Below, piece after piece: positions 10,833 through 24,000 of a stretch of DNA of 64,000 nt (positions are counted from its first letter, which is position 1; every line of letters starts with the position of its first letter). The notes beneath the pieces were generated by a model that worked only from the letters and a program-made list of their open reading frames with translations, had not been told where the DNA came from and searched no databases. Source of the stretch: Tricharina praecox (lineage: Eukaryota). Where the stretch lies: positions 62,001-126,000 of the forward strand of contig NW_026250411.1 in NCBI RefSeq assembly GCF_024521635.1, read 5' to 3'. The position numbers were made by a program, and so were the translations under genes.

Positions 10833-10850
10833 CAGTCACTCTCAACCCTA
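10833..10850. promoter_or_regulatory. Homol-D-like (CAGTCAC) plus AACCCTA (Homol-E-like) motifs upstream of RPL22
   Basis: CAGTCACTCTCAACCCTA lies about 190-210 nt upstream of the RPL22 ATG and mirrors the box at RPL1. Confidence 0.45.
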
Positions 10851-11447
10851 GCGATTTTGCGGCTCTGGTCACGATACATAGAAGAATTGGTCCGAACCGC
10901 TCGGGTGTAGGTACAAAGTATAGCTGTACGAGCGCAACCCAACTACCTGCCGAGCTTTGGATTATCAGGTGCTGGAGACCGCGGATCTTCGAGTTGGAGA
11001 TGCGAGGGAAGTCGTAAAAGCGAGTGATTCACCAGAGCTCACGGAAGGCTCCTTGCTGTGTCATACGCTACTCAATCATCATGTGTACGGCTAGACGAGC
11101 ACTTGAAACGATCCCAATACGAAGTATACTCTTTCGAGAGCTGAACGGGTATGATGTTCAGCAAATCGGCAACGAGCGACACTCGGCCGAGCTTACTGCA
11201 GCTCGGAAGCAAAGATGCCATCGCAGAGACGGCAGATGTTTCCTGCATAGGGCGATACTCTCCCTCATCGGTATCCTCGAGTACATATACCTACATACGG
11301 GTATTTACTGGAACGATGGCTTCTCCAGATCGAAGGCAATCTTTGGGGTAATCGACGGTGCACTTGATATCTCCACTTCGCTGCCGAGCTCTCACCGGCA
11401 CCTGTGATATACCCCGGTTCAGCTCCCTTCGGCGCCGCGTTAGAGGA

Positions 11448-12566
11448 TTACTGCGATGTGATTGCTGGCCAAGCTCTGAATTCCCATGGGGCTCTCCATT
11501 CTTCCAATTTGGGAATCTGCTGATTTGAAAGAAGATTTAAGGGATCCAGTTTTGCAACTGCCCGAGAGTGTCCGGAATCGTCGGGTTCTTCAATTTCATC
11601 GACAAGAGGCGTCTGGACTAGGGAGATTGCTCGTCTGACTCGGATCGTTCCGTTCAGAACCCTACGTAGAATCCTGGATTCGTCGCTGCTTGATGCCAGT
11701 CGGGGGAAGGCTGAGCTACGATGCACAGGGTCCGCTGGCGGGTGATATACGAACACTCGGACCCCGAATGGCAGTTGACGGGCAGATGCCCCTGGTAACT
11801 GGTTTTCGCCGTGCAACGAAGATTCGTGCTGCAGTAAGTGGGGTTTTCTACTAGGGAAGAGCTTGGTTCTCGATCAAGGACAGAGCTTGCTCTAGGCGTT
11901 CGATCAGTTGCAGGGAACGAAGTTCACTATTCTACCTGACACGGGAGAACCATGATGAAATCCTCCGGCATTCGCATACATGGCTGGCTATTCCCAGCTT
12001 ACGATTGAACTTCGCGAATGAGTGGTGTCGCTTCCGTTGTCCCATTCCGGCGGTATGAGTCCTGCTGCTCGAGCATATTTCTTAGGGATCACCATGTGAT
12101 TGCGGCGAACCCACTTGGAGGTTTTCCCCTGGGGATCTGTCTCTTCTTGTCGATCTGTTCGATCTATATCCAAGAATAAACAACCAGGTATCTCTCGGCA
12201 CCCGGGCGGTGAGTTGTCCAAGCTCTGAGAATGATCTCGCCCAGCAGCGAGCGTTGGTGATGCTGACTACCTTCGATGGCCCGGTAGCCAGATGCGTTCT
12301 TTCGGTATCTATCGATGGATTCGTCAGGATTCGAACAAGCCGCTAATATTTTTATACACAGGCTCCAGCTTGAACCAATCATCAGGCCTCGTTGCGGCAC
12401 CTTCAAGCGCGATAAGACGGGTTCTGACGACCACCTTCCCCGGTTGAGGATTAGAATGCCTACTGCGGCTTCCTGTGCGAAGTGATAAACGCGCTAATTC
12501 CTCTTCTTGGATCCTGTTGTTCGTATCTAGGGCGCGGTTCCGCACTGCCGTCATAGTGCATGCCAT
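11448..12566 (-). pseudogene. Possible fragmented gene remnant
   Basis: A chain of overlapping minus-strand ORFs in different frames (12566-12324, 12406-12164, 12221-11988, 11816-11448) with protein-like composition but no clear splice signals joining them. Confidence 0.25.
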
Positions 12567-12719
12567 TTTCTAGGCGAGAATGGATGTTGCCTTGCATCTA
12601 CTGCCGAACAGTGGGATCTGCAGTGCCGTTACAGGCCTTGCATGTGGCTCAGTATAGGTGGTGCTTCGGCACCTACAGCGGGAAGGCTCATGCACACCTC
12701 CGTTATCGAGGCAATCTGA

Positions 12720-13343
12720 AGGCGACGACGGCACGCGGTTTGGAGCTTCGATATCTTCAGCTTTTGCCATTGCTGTGGGTGTGGAAATCGCATCTTGGAG
12801 CAGAAATGCCTTACGAGAACCCCTACAGCAATCTTTATCGCGACACTTCACAGCTCCGCTTACCGACATCTCGTGCGTTTCGAATCGTCGACGGCCGATG
12901 CCGGACAGGATTGATCGACAATCTACCCTGGTTCGGCTCACCGCTGTGCCGCGTCGTAGCGGAAAAGACCCTGGCGGTCTGACCACAGCCGCATCACTTT
13001 TGATATCGGTTCCAGGTATTTGTGAGTGCTCGCATGCCGGAGTTTTACGGATTTCTCCACCCTTCGTCTCCACTTGCGAGGAGGCATATCTCGCCAGATG
13101 CCGTCACTACTTCAATTGACCGCCGTGACCGAAATCAGCCCGGATACACTGCACACTTTACTGCGGAGTAGGTACAAGGACCGGACAGCATTACTCATTC
13201 ATGCGGTACGCCCAGGCTACCTAAAAATTTCCAGTTTTCGGATACATGGTGCTTATTTACCTCAAGAGGAATTGGTGAGCTCCGGTGATGTGGACATGGA
13301 GGACGTGTCGAGATCGATGCTCTATGATGTCACAAGCAAATAG
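12720..13343 (+). pseudogene. Possible degenerate F-box/ankyrin-type gene remnant
   Basis: Frameshifted ORF pieces; DRTALLIHAVRPGYLKI...HGA resembles a decayed ankyrin repeat. Judged by eye only. Confidence 0.25.
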
Positions 13344-13704
13344 TAGTCTATTTCGAAAGGCAACAAGGCTGATGAGAGCCTGTCATCGACAGGTGCTGCT
13401 ACAGGGTCTTCCCCTTTCACAGGAGGGTTCCGCCGCATCATTGCAGATCACCAGCCTAAAAATTCCGACAGTTGTCGTCTTCTCCAGCGGCGAATCGAAT
13501 AGCAAATACAAGTGAGCAACAGGAAGAAGCAGACCGTATAAGTATGCTCCACGGTCCCCACCCGAAGCTGGTATATCATCTTATCCCGACATCTTCAGTA
13601 TCCAGCTGCTACATACTATCGCAAAGCCTCACTATCATCATCCTTTCTAAATCCTCATAACGTACATACCCTTATCCTATCTATTGCATTCTACATCCCG
13701 CATA

Positions 13705-15119
13705 ATGAATGAATTCGCTGTTTGCCCGACCGCCGGCCGCGACAGGCGGGTATCCTCCGTATCCTCCATGGTGGCCACTGCGGCCAAACTGGACTCGGGA
13801 CCAACAGTAGTCGTTCCCCCCGCCTCGTACATGGCCTCCACAATCCCCGAGACAATGGCAATCGCCAGGGCTCATACGGACCACACCATCATGGACGATG
13901 AGATATCGAGCGACGACGAATCCTCCACGCCGATCAGCACCGTTGTTCCCACTTACGCCTTTGCCTTCGATATCGATGGAGTTTTGCTGGCCGGCGGAGA
14001 GGTTATTCCCGGAGCCAAGGAGGCCATGAGAGTGCTGAACGGCGAAAATCCGGATGGTATCAAGGTTCCCTATATCTTCGTCACCAATGTAAGTTCTCAT
14101 AACCCACTTCTTCCAAGTGCGTTACGTACTAACATTTGACACAGGGTGGTGGCAAGACCGAGCAAGAGCGGTGTCTGGACCTAAGCAAGCAGCTCGGCGT
14201 ATCCGTATCTCCGGGTCAATTCATCTGCGGGCACACACCGATGCGGGAAATGGCCGAGAAGTACGGCACCGTCCTCGTCGTCGGTGGCGAAGGCGAGAAG
14301 TGCCGAAACGTCGCGGAAGGATACGGTTTCAACGACGTGGTAACTCCTGGCGACATCATGAAGTGGAAGTCGGCCGTCACACCTTTCCGCAATCTCACGG
14401 ACGACGAGCACAAGAACTCGCGGGACCGCGATTTCTCGCAGGTCGAGATCGAGGCGATCTTTGTTTTTGCCGACAGCCGGTTTTGGGGCGACGATACCCA
14501 GATAATTCTGGACTTGCTCATGAGCAAGAACGGACGCATGGGGACGCTCTCTGACACCTTCGACGAGGGCCCGCCAATCTACTTCTCCCACAACGACGTA
14601 GTGTGGGCTACAAACTTTGGTCTCAACCGGCTCGGAATGGGCGCGCTCCGCGTCTTCATCGAAGCTCTGTACAAAGAGCGTACAGGCAAGACTCTGAAAT
14701 CGGCAACGTCTTTTGGAAAACCACAGGTTGGTACCTTCCAGTACGCAACTAGGGTCCTTGAGCAGTGGCGGGAGGATGTGTTTGGCGAGGAGGGACCTCC
14801 AAAGACGGTCTACTTTGTTGGCGATACGCCAGAATCAGGTTGGTTCCTAAATCCTCCATTCCGCTCGTGAAAACAAGCCGTTAATTCAATTATGCTAGAT
14901 ATCCGGGGTACAAACGAATTCCACAAGCATGTCGACGAGGAATGGTACTCAATCCTGGTCAAGACGGGAGTCTACCAATCCGGCACCGAGCCGCGCCACA
15001 AGCCCCGAGTGATTGTCGACAACGTCCTTGACGCGGTCAAGCACGGAATGGAGCGATCACGGAAAGCCGCGCTGAAAGAGATGGAGGAGCTCAACAACGG
15101 CGTCGCAGTTCAGAAGTGA
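13705..15119 (+). CDS. HAD-superfamily subfamily IIA hydrolase (CECR5/HDHD5-like)
   Basis: Exons 13705-14088, 14145-14838 and 14899-15119. Motif I AFAFDIDGVL, then FVTNGGG, FGKP, VYFVGDTPESDIRG and SILVKTGVY. Confidence 0.93.
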
Positions 15120-15668
15120 AACTTCCCCCCCCCCCACCAACGTCGACGGTGCGCAGCAGCGGTAAAAGTGGAACCCTGAGCCCGATAAAATGGTGCTCGG
15201 TAATGCTCAATTCAGCCGGGGGAACAATTCAGGTACATAGAGTGGCTAGACCATGTTCTTATTTCCTTGTTCCTTGGGGACGTCTTTCTTTTTTGTTTCC
15301 TCTTAGAAGGTCTGTCGGTTAGATGCTCTTTTCCTGATCACAGAACCTATCATCACATCCATTGTCAGTCATCTGTTTTGCGCTATTTCCTGGAATGTTA
15401 TGATTCAAATACCTCTTTATGGCACCATGTTTCATGTTCAAAGGACAATAGATAGAAAGGATAAAATGGAGTTTTCTTTATTCACAACCGTTGCAGAATG
15501 CAGTAAAACAACCTTCGAGTGACATTCTCAATCCCTCCCCTCCCCATTCTCGCACCAAGCTTCAGAAGCATATGCGCCCCTCTCTACAGGAGTGACAACT
15601 CCATCGGCTATTCTTTTCAAAAAGGTGACAGCAAAAGAACCGTCCAACAAGGAACAGAAAAAAAGCTA

Positions 15669-15733
15669 TGCGCCAAACCCGGATTGAACGGGTGACCTTC
15701 AGATTACCCCGGATGTTTGGATAGGACCGAATC

Positions 15734-15765
<32 letters not shown>

Positions 15766-15771
15766 TAGCGC
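15669..15771 (-). tRNA. tRNA-Phe(GAA), 30-nt intron
   Basis: Mature sequence identical to the copy at 7343; an A-run on the + strand gives a T terminator downstream. Confidence 0.97.
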
Positions 15772-16446
15772 TTGATGTTGAACAATCAGATACAACACAA
15801 CTTGAGCCAGGTACCACATCTTGCTGCACCCGGGATATCCCACCCGACCCCAACGACCACGACCGCGACCGGACACCAACGCCGGCCCCGAGTATATGTA
15901 GTGCGTACATACCGCCATCTCCTGCGTACGACATCCTCTCATCGCGGCAATATTATCACCCAGCATCCCCGCAGCATCCAATGGAAGATCTAGATCCACG
16001 GCGCGCATGAACGGTTGCTGTGCTCTAGAACCTAGAGCGCCGCTGCGGGCCATACCTCAACACGTACTCTATGCGCAAGCGTGTACCACCACTTGCGCTC
16101 TCTCAACGCCGCCGCCCCGCCGCCGCCGCGTAATCCCCACGGAAGATCGTGCACTTGCACTATTGCACTGTTACACTACCGTCTGACAGTGCGTGTAGAT
16201 GTCTACTCTAGCGACTGCGCGATTGATCGGTCGCTCGGGAACACCGATTCGATGGCGATGATGCATCGATAATGATGCGAGCTGCAGGGTAGAGGAGGGG
16301 TGGAGAGGCGATCATGCGCATGACGTGGGAACCTTGTTTATTGCGTACTCCCAGCACAGATGGGAACGGTTGAGAGAAATGTCAAAAAATCCGCACATCA
16401 GTGACGATGTTGAGAGAGGTGGAAAAGAAGTGAAAGAAAAAATTAC

Positions 16447-16545
16447 GGCCCAATCCCGGGTTTGAACCGGGGACCTCCCACATGCAGGCTGTTGAACAGC
16501 CGGGATGAACCCGAAGCGAGAATCATACCACTAGACCAATTGGGC
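16447..16545 (-). tRNA. tRNA-Pro(CGG), 27-nt intron
   Basis: GCCCAAT/ATTGGGC acceptor stem, TGGTCTAGTGGTATGATT D region, CTCGC-TTCGGG-[intron]-T-GTGGG, and CCCGG-TTCAAAC-CCGGG. Confidence 0.95.
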
Positions 16546-16948
16546 TGGCTTATGATAGCGTGGCGTGTTTATCACCTATATTGTAATCTGAGCTGGGTGG
16601 TGGAGCGCGGTGGTGGCGATTCTCATTAGCTCGGACTTCATGATATCTGGCAAATTCCGCAAACTCTGGGTAGGGGGAGACAGTGGCAACATTCAGGTGA
16701 TCTCTAAAGGACACACAATCTGCAAATAGGTAAAGAATACTAGGCCTTCAACTTCGTACCTAGTTCTACAGTCTACTTCAGTAATACATGAATCCTTCAT
16801 CTCATCATCTGCCCCAAAAGTGATATCAATCAAAACCTTGCCACCAAAACCCGTGCGGTATAAAAAAGCAAACAAAAACGAAACCAAAAGCGGGCCGCTG
16901 TCCTCCAAAACAATAAACCGAACCGCCAAAACTAAAAGCACTCCCCCA

Positions 16949-18456
16949 TCAATCTAACCAACTCCATCGGATCGGGATCCTGCCCGCATCCGCATCCCCC
17001 AAAATGTTGTATGCTGCCGGTGACAGGTCCAAGTCGTACTGTGCGCAAACCGGGCACCTATCGACAATCGTTATCGTCACTCCGCCACCGCCTGCCTGAC
17101 GCTTCCACGGGCCTATCGTTGGCGGCGGCGTGATCCCCGGCATTGACGGGCCGTCTCCGTTTAGAGGCTTGCTATCCGACTCGTTCCTGGATGGTGTCGG
17201 GCCTCTCTCGTCTGTCTCGAGTGAAACCGCAGATCTTCGTGACCACCGATCATTTCGCGTCTTATCCCAGTTTTGTGGTCCTCCAGTAATGTTACTGTTG
17301 CCTTCCCACTGCCATCGCCGTCTGCTGCCGCCGCTGGCAGCCCTAACCAACGCCTTCCGGCCGCAATAGGGGTTGTTGTTGGAATTGGTGGCGCCTGTTG
17401 CGTCGAATAGGACCTTACTCAAGGCTGCTACGAAGTCGGCATCTGTTGCTTCTGTACCGCAGGATCCTAAGCCGGGTGCGTAGAATGTCGCCTCGCCTTC
17501 GAATTCTTCCCCGCTACCGCCACCTCCTCCTCCTCCGCCTCCACTTGCTGAGGATGTCGAAGCCTTGGACGATGACGAGGGTCGTGAGGTTGCAGTGGTG
17601 GTAGGTCTTGTAGAGCTGGACATGGCCACGGTGGTGGTTGCACTTGGAGGCACTCCGTTCGTTCTGTTCACATCAACATCAATCTCTCCATGCTGGCCTA
17701 AGAAATATGAGTTACCCACCCAGTTGCAGTCCCCCCAGGAGCATCGGTGATATCCGGGCCCCCGCCATCTCCAGTTGCAGTAGCACCAGGTGTTGGTTCC
17801 GGGGCATCGTAGCTAGTCACCGTCTGGCCATTTTCATCGGTTCCAATCGACAGACCAGCATACCGCGTAGTGGTGATCTCTTGCCCATTACTCGTGATGA
17901 CTTGTGGCTCACCATAGATGAAAGTTTGCTCGCCGATGCCTTGATCATTGGTAACAAAGATCCCAGTGCCCACAAACGTGCTCGTGGCGATATTGCCGTC
18001 CGAATTGGTGAATATCGACAAACTTGCCGGCAGTGTTACATCCTCTCCCTGCTCATTCTTAGTTCTGATCTGTGTCGTCCCAGCTCCACGTATGAATGTA
18101 GTAAGAAAAGCCGAGGTCTCGGTGGTGACAATCGTCTGGCCATTGGAAACCAGCGTCCTCGTCCTCCTCTGCGTTGTGGACTGCACCGCCGGTTGTCCGG
18201 GGATTCCTTGCGCCGCACCTTGGACCTTCGCTTTCTGCAGTGAATTCCTGACTCCGAGGCCACCTGTCACAGCTGCTATCAATGCTAGGGCTCCAAGTGC
18301 CCCAGCGATGTAGTAGAAGTTGACTTTGCTGAAACCGAGGATCTTCAAGGACCGGACTTTGGTTGTTCCGCCGAAGGTGTGCGACGCATACCACGCCCGG
18401 AGCTTCGCGTTTGGATGTAGCTTTTGCTTGAATTCCTCGATCTCTCGGCGGGCCAT
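16949..18456 (-). CDS. Membrane-anchored expansin/loosenin-like protein (RlpA-like double-psi beta-barrel) with Thr-rich stalk
   Basis: Exons 18456-17720 and 17663-16949; the 56-nt GTGGGT..AACAG intron joins the two ORFs in phase. TM segment YYIAGALGALALIAAVTGGLGV. DPBB motifs GEATFYAPGLGSCG, FVAALS, NNNPYCGRK, VTITIVDRCPVC..YDLDLSPAAY and GRIPIRWSW. Confidence 0.88.
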
Positions 18457-20655
18457 GACTCGGCGGTCGGGGCTCAGACAATCCCGCCGTGACGGAGGGT
18501 GGGATTACGGAAGGCTGAGATGGGGGCAACCAAGATGGTCTCTGTGGTCTACGGTAAAGGGAGAAAAGAAGAAAAGAAGAAACGAAGAAACGAATGTGTG
18601 TGTGTGTGTGAATACTGTAATTGGGTGATAGAGGTGGTGTTAGGGTGTTGGTTGGGGTGACAGAAATGGACCCAAATGTCCAAACAACCCGATCTGCAAT
18701 GGTCCAAATCTGCAATGGCCCAAAGCCCACAACCGCACAACATGAACGTCCTGGACAACACAACTCTATTTCCTCCCGAAGAGCATCTATTCGAATCAGT
18801 TCCTCACGATCACCTCGGCACGGTTGTCACCACGAAACAGCCTAGTTTCATCTTCCGCCGACAATTAGCCTTATCCGTGAAATCAGCCACGGCAGCCTAG
18901 CAAGCGTGGCTGAGCTCATCAGCCTGGTCCGCCCCACCACCAACTCTGGAAGGCCTTTACCGAAAAGCTGACTGAGTCCCGCAACCCCCGCGATGCAGCC
19001 TGAATGCTTACTTCAATTCAGGGCATAAAATAAGGCTGTATCCTACCGGGCCCACTCCATGCTGCACCGTAAGATGGTATCGGACTCAGCCTGTCTCGCG
19101 TCTCGCTTCTCTCATGGAACCGTCAGCGGACGACCATGCGATCTGCGCATGCAGCTAGGGGTCGCACATACCGGTACCCATCTACATGGCACGACCAGGA
19201 CGTGAGTCTCCTCTGAACCAATTATCGATGTCGAATGTCGGAAAAAGATCGAGGGCTCGTGCGGATGGCAAACCCCGCGTCGCGATACCTATCCGACGAC
19301 GAAGCCATTCAGCTCGAGAGCTGAGAGCTTCGTCAACGGACCTACCTTTTTGGAAATAACGTTGACCGGTCGACTGTGGCCAACTTTACTTATTTCCCGA
19401 GCAGTTGGAGCAAAATTGGTTCCGGTTAGTTGGGAGACGGGCTTTATTCTTCTCGCACAAGAGGTGGCAATGGTGCGTAAACCACCTTGAAGAGCGGCAA
19501 CTGCCGCGTAAGTGAACCTACATCTCGGTGTCTCAGGGAAGATCGCCACAGCGCGCATCCGGATGCACTGCGAACGCTTCATTTCTTCGGCAAACGCTAG
19601 AGTGCAGACGGTATTTTAAGAAGAGACGCCATGTTCTACGCCTGCGCATTCCTGTTGGAGACGGCTATCTACCTGCTCTATGGACAGTGGACTCGGACGC
19701 TTCGGATGTCGTGAGGAACTTCTGGCCATCGGCGCTACACGATTGGATCGCCATCACTGAACGTGGCGGAAGCTAGCGCAGTGGATTCGTCAACACCAGT
19801 GACCGCGAGTCTGTGTACTCGAGTACCTCCCCAAGCAGGAGCTCATTTTCGAATCCAACTGCCAACATCAAAGCCAAATCGATCTGTCGTAACACAACAA
19901 GTGTATGCAGACGCAGTCCAATGTTTATCTTTCGTTCATTTGCCCCAAACCCCAACCGGCAATCTCGACCCCATATGATGCCTTCAGCTGGGCCATGTGC
20001 TGCATAGGCGAGATGCAACTCCTGTGTTGTGTGGCTGAGACCAAACAAGGATTGTTTTGTGGGGGAGGGGCATTGGCATTAGTGTGTCATCCTGGTCGTC
20101 ATTCTCCGAGCGGGATGCTCACCGTCGTCCGACCAGCTGAACACTTCGGAGCTGTGGTGACTGTTCTGGACGGACGCGGTTGGCTAATGACTGATGGGTG
20201 TTTATATGGCCGTGGTTCTGGTACAAAAGAAACAGCGTCCGTCCCCACAAGTCAGTCACATCACCCGGTAAACCATCAGCCTGACGAGCCCCAGCTTCCT
20301 TCTATCTCTTCCCCACAGATATATATAACTCGGTAGCTCTTTCGAAGGATACCTCCCGATACTATTCTTTGTCCCTCCGGTAAGTAAAGCTCTCTCTGAA
20401 CCCAGCATAATAATGCTGACAAGTTGAAAGCAGTCCATAATTGCACAGCCCCAGTATCTCCGCCGATCTCCCCTCAGCACTCCGTCTCGATTCCGAATGC
20501 CAGTTTGGCGCAATCATAAAGCCTTGAGTGGCAGTCTTGTCCCCGGATTTTTTCTCCTCTTCACATCCCTCTTCGGGCCATTCATCCTGCGTTCAATCCA
20601 GCGCCGTCTCACCTCACCTCGGCCCTCTCGCCCTGCTGAACTCAAGCCGTCATTG

Positions 20656-21081
20656 ATGACCACCGAAGATCTCCTCAAAGACTCTCCCGAGGGCTCCTCC
20701 GCAACACACGGAGATATCCACCACCCCAACATGGCCCCATCTGCGGCGAATTCTCGAGAAATAGCCGACTATTGTGCCTTCATAGCCCAGCTACCACCCC
20801 CGACCTTGTCATTTTGTCCCTCCATGGAGCATCCCTCGACGGCTCCAGAGACATCCTCCGAGATGGCCGCACCAGCCCCGACGGCGGAAGGCACCAACTA
20901 CCAGAGGGTGTACAAAGAAATCTTACCCTCGGGGGATATCAGGACTGTGCTCGAACAGCACTATGATATGGGCAATGGCAGGCGCTGGAGGAGGAAAATG
21001 GTGGTGTACGGAGGGATGGAGGAATCGGAAAAGCCAGCTGCAACGACCGAGTCAACATCGCGGACCAACGGACGAGTTTGA
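20656..21081 (+). CDS. Hypothetical small protein (an upstream in-frame ATG at 20497 is possible)
   Basis: ORF with coding-like codon use and a compact C-terminal segment YQRVYKEILPSGDIRTVLEQHY...WRRKMVVYGG. TATATAA occurs near 20322. Confidence 0.55.
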   Translation: MTTEDLLKDSPEGSSATHGDIHHPNMAPSAANSREIADYCAFIAQLPPPTLSFCPSMEHPSTAPETSSEMAAPAPTAEGTNYQRVYKEILPSGDIRTVLEQHYDMGNGRRWRRKMVVYGGMEESEKPAATTESTSRTNGRV

Positions 21082-24000
21082 TCGTTGGGCTGGCGGGGGA
21101 GAAACCCTCGGACCAATCCACGAATCACGATCGACGACTATCGGTTTTCCTTCTTCTTCTGCTACTGCATCTGGTGGACAAAGGTGTCATGTATCTGTCG
21201 AATAATAATATCTATCTACATACATACATTCAAGAAGCGCTATTTTCAGTGCTGACGGTCACTTCACGAATGATGCCATGGGGAATAGTCCTGCACTGCA
21301 AGGCTCACTCCCTAATGGCACAGTTTCAGAAGAAGAAGCTTAGTGAGATCTTTGTTCAGCTATTTTCCACACGTAGGATGTCACCCGCCACATCACCACC
21401 TTGCAAGGTGGGGTCTCCCTTACGCAACTAGTTTCTGGAATCTGGATAATCCAGCTGAGTGTCAGGAATGGTGTCGTGTTGATCACCGGCGTGCTCGCTG
21501 ATCAGCAGCGTTTGTCCAGTGCTAACTATTTCGGGATTGAGGCGGCAATTTCCTGCCGCCCCAGCCGGGATAAACGCGCTCCTAAAGAGGACCGCTTTCT
21601 GTCTACACCGCCCTACAGCGTGTCTCGGGGATCACACATGCATACCTGTTGTGTCTCACTTCTACATAGCATCAACGACAGCTCCGACATCAAGCTGAAA
21701 TCACTGGCCAAGGACAATGAGACGCCACGCTTGAGACATTCATCAGCTGCAAGCGACCTGAGTTCAGCCCGATCCGATCTCAACTCTCCACTGACAACTG
21801 CACTCTCCCTACGACGCCTAGAGTAGTCTCGCCTGGCTCCCCCGAGACCCTTTGCCGCCTGCCTGCCTTACACAGAACCCAAGCGCCGGTGCCGGCGCAA
21901 CCAAGCCCCTCCCTCCCTTATGCATCACGCCCAGCTGCCCGACCAACCGCGAGCCGCGCGAACACGTGTGTTCACGCGCGCATGTATTGCATGTACAAAA
22001 GACTCCTCGACGAGCTGAAGTCCTGCACGATGAGGTGTGCAAGGAACTTTCCTCCGACTGGGGGTGCGCGAGCTCGAGGTTCAGCTGGAATTTGGTTCAG
22101 GAAAAATCACTCGCGAAGTATGGACGAACCCCCGCTCGCGACACCCCCGCTCGCGAAGACACAGCCAATCGGTCGGGGGCAGGTTGGTGCCATGTTTTAG
22201 GCCAGCTCGGGATTTTGCTACGCTGCGAGAGGATCATGAGCTTGTTACTGGGATCTACATAGTAGGTATGCAGGCTGGCAGGCTGGCTGGCTGCCAGGGG
22301 GGGACTGCCTACGTATAGTACGGGTTGAATCGGCACCGTGGCGACATGAACGACCGTCGCTTAGGTGAAGAGGTGTGCTGATACTCTACTTGTAACGAGC
22401 ATCGCTTGGGGTATACCCATTGTTCGATCATCATATATACCCATAGTACATATCTCGGAGAAGACTGCTCACGCGCAGAGATAAACACAGGGATTTTTTT
22501 CAAGATACTAGTAGGTAGCGTTGATGCTTGAAGGATTCCCGATTACTAATGGGACGAGCGAGCTAAATGCTTTACTCTAGAGTCCAGAGTCGCTTCAACA
22601 CGCTACACCTCACCGCTCGCGCAGTGGTTACGTGAGAAGGTTTGTTACCTCCCAGCCTGCAGCTCCGAGGCGCGCATAGATGCATCAATGCATCCGCTGC
22701 CAGACTCCAGAGTGATCTGATTGGCAACAAGGCGGGTGTCCGTTCGATCGATCGAGGGCCACGGCCGCGGCGGTGTGCCGACTGTTTGCCTCAGGACGGG
22801 ACGGGATGTGCAATACTCTACTCTACGGACTGACGTCACCAGCAGTCACCAGCAGTCGCCAGCAGCTCCCAGAAGTCTCCACATCACCGACAACCGTACT
22901 CCACCAGCATCCGATGCTGTGAGATGAGGCGCTTTCTGCCCCGTTGGTAACTATCAGCTCCATCGTCGTCCTGCACACGAGCCATCACTGACTGTATTGC
23001 CAACAGGATCACGATTCACAGCCGCAAGTGTGACTACTGCACTTTCGTCATGTACGGGCCGATAGAGTGGCCCATGGCTTCACCATCGCTTCCACCATCG
23101 GTGCCGGATGCGGCGACATCGGGGTGCGAATGGGCAGTGGACACGCCTCTCCACCTACTATGATAGCCACCGATGGGGTCATAACTGTGCTTCGCGAGAC
23201 TAAATGGGGGTACGGTACATACGGCCAACAACACAGGACAAGGACGGGACGGAGCTGAACCATCACCTAGGCGTCGCGGTTCAGCACGTTTTCTCGAGGG
23301 ACTGTCGCAACACAGTTGCTAGTTAACCATCGGGGAAGCATCATATAAAGTCACCACGCAAGCTGAACGCCGAATTTTCTTCACCTGGCCATCGGACGCG
23401 GAACCGAGATACATATCGAGGGCGCATACAACTAATTTTGGACTTTTCATGGCGCCGCATTTCAGCTGCAATTCATCATGGCCGCCCCACGGTAACCTCT
23501 AAACGTCAAGGCGGGCTTCCGACAGCTGTCAAGCCCACTCCGTATCCTACATACACCCGGGCGGACAGCGTCCGGTTTGTTATCTCGGCGATGAATCAGC
23601 CTGGAGTGGAGCGGCGCTCGCTACGGTTGTGCGTACGAGTACCTACTATATACAACCTCGTACTCTATGTTGGTATGTAATAGAGTACAACACAACAAGG
23701 AGACGTCCTGGAGATTCTGCGGCTGGAGATTCTGCGGCCGGAGATACCGAAACAAAGGAACAAAGACGGCTGCTAGTGTCGGGAGCCACGGTCGTCAGTA
23801 GGCCTCACATAAATGAGGACAAAGAAAGTTGCAATCTGTGCCGTAGAGGGGGCTTGTGCGGTTTCAACCCTCGGCTAGCCGCTCTCACCCGGCAGAGGGC
23901 GAGGACTTGATGGATCCGTTATTTACTGTGCAAAGGCACCAGCCATTGCTTAAGATTCAAGTCACCACCTAACTGGAGTACCCACGCAAAGTGCAGCTGA

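Noticed and set aside
15562..16053. ORFs sharing the peptide ALIAQLGERQTE...GNLKVTRSIRVWRI (also at 32405 and 42635)
   Set aside because: The shared peptide is only a translation of the tRNA-Phe gene, not a protein family.
17698..17719. Frameshift or 22-nt micro-intron in the expansin-like gene
   Set aside because: A normal 56-nt intron (17719-17664) joins the two ORFs in the correct phase.
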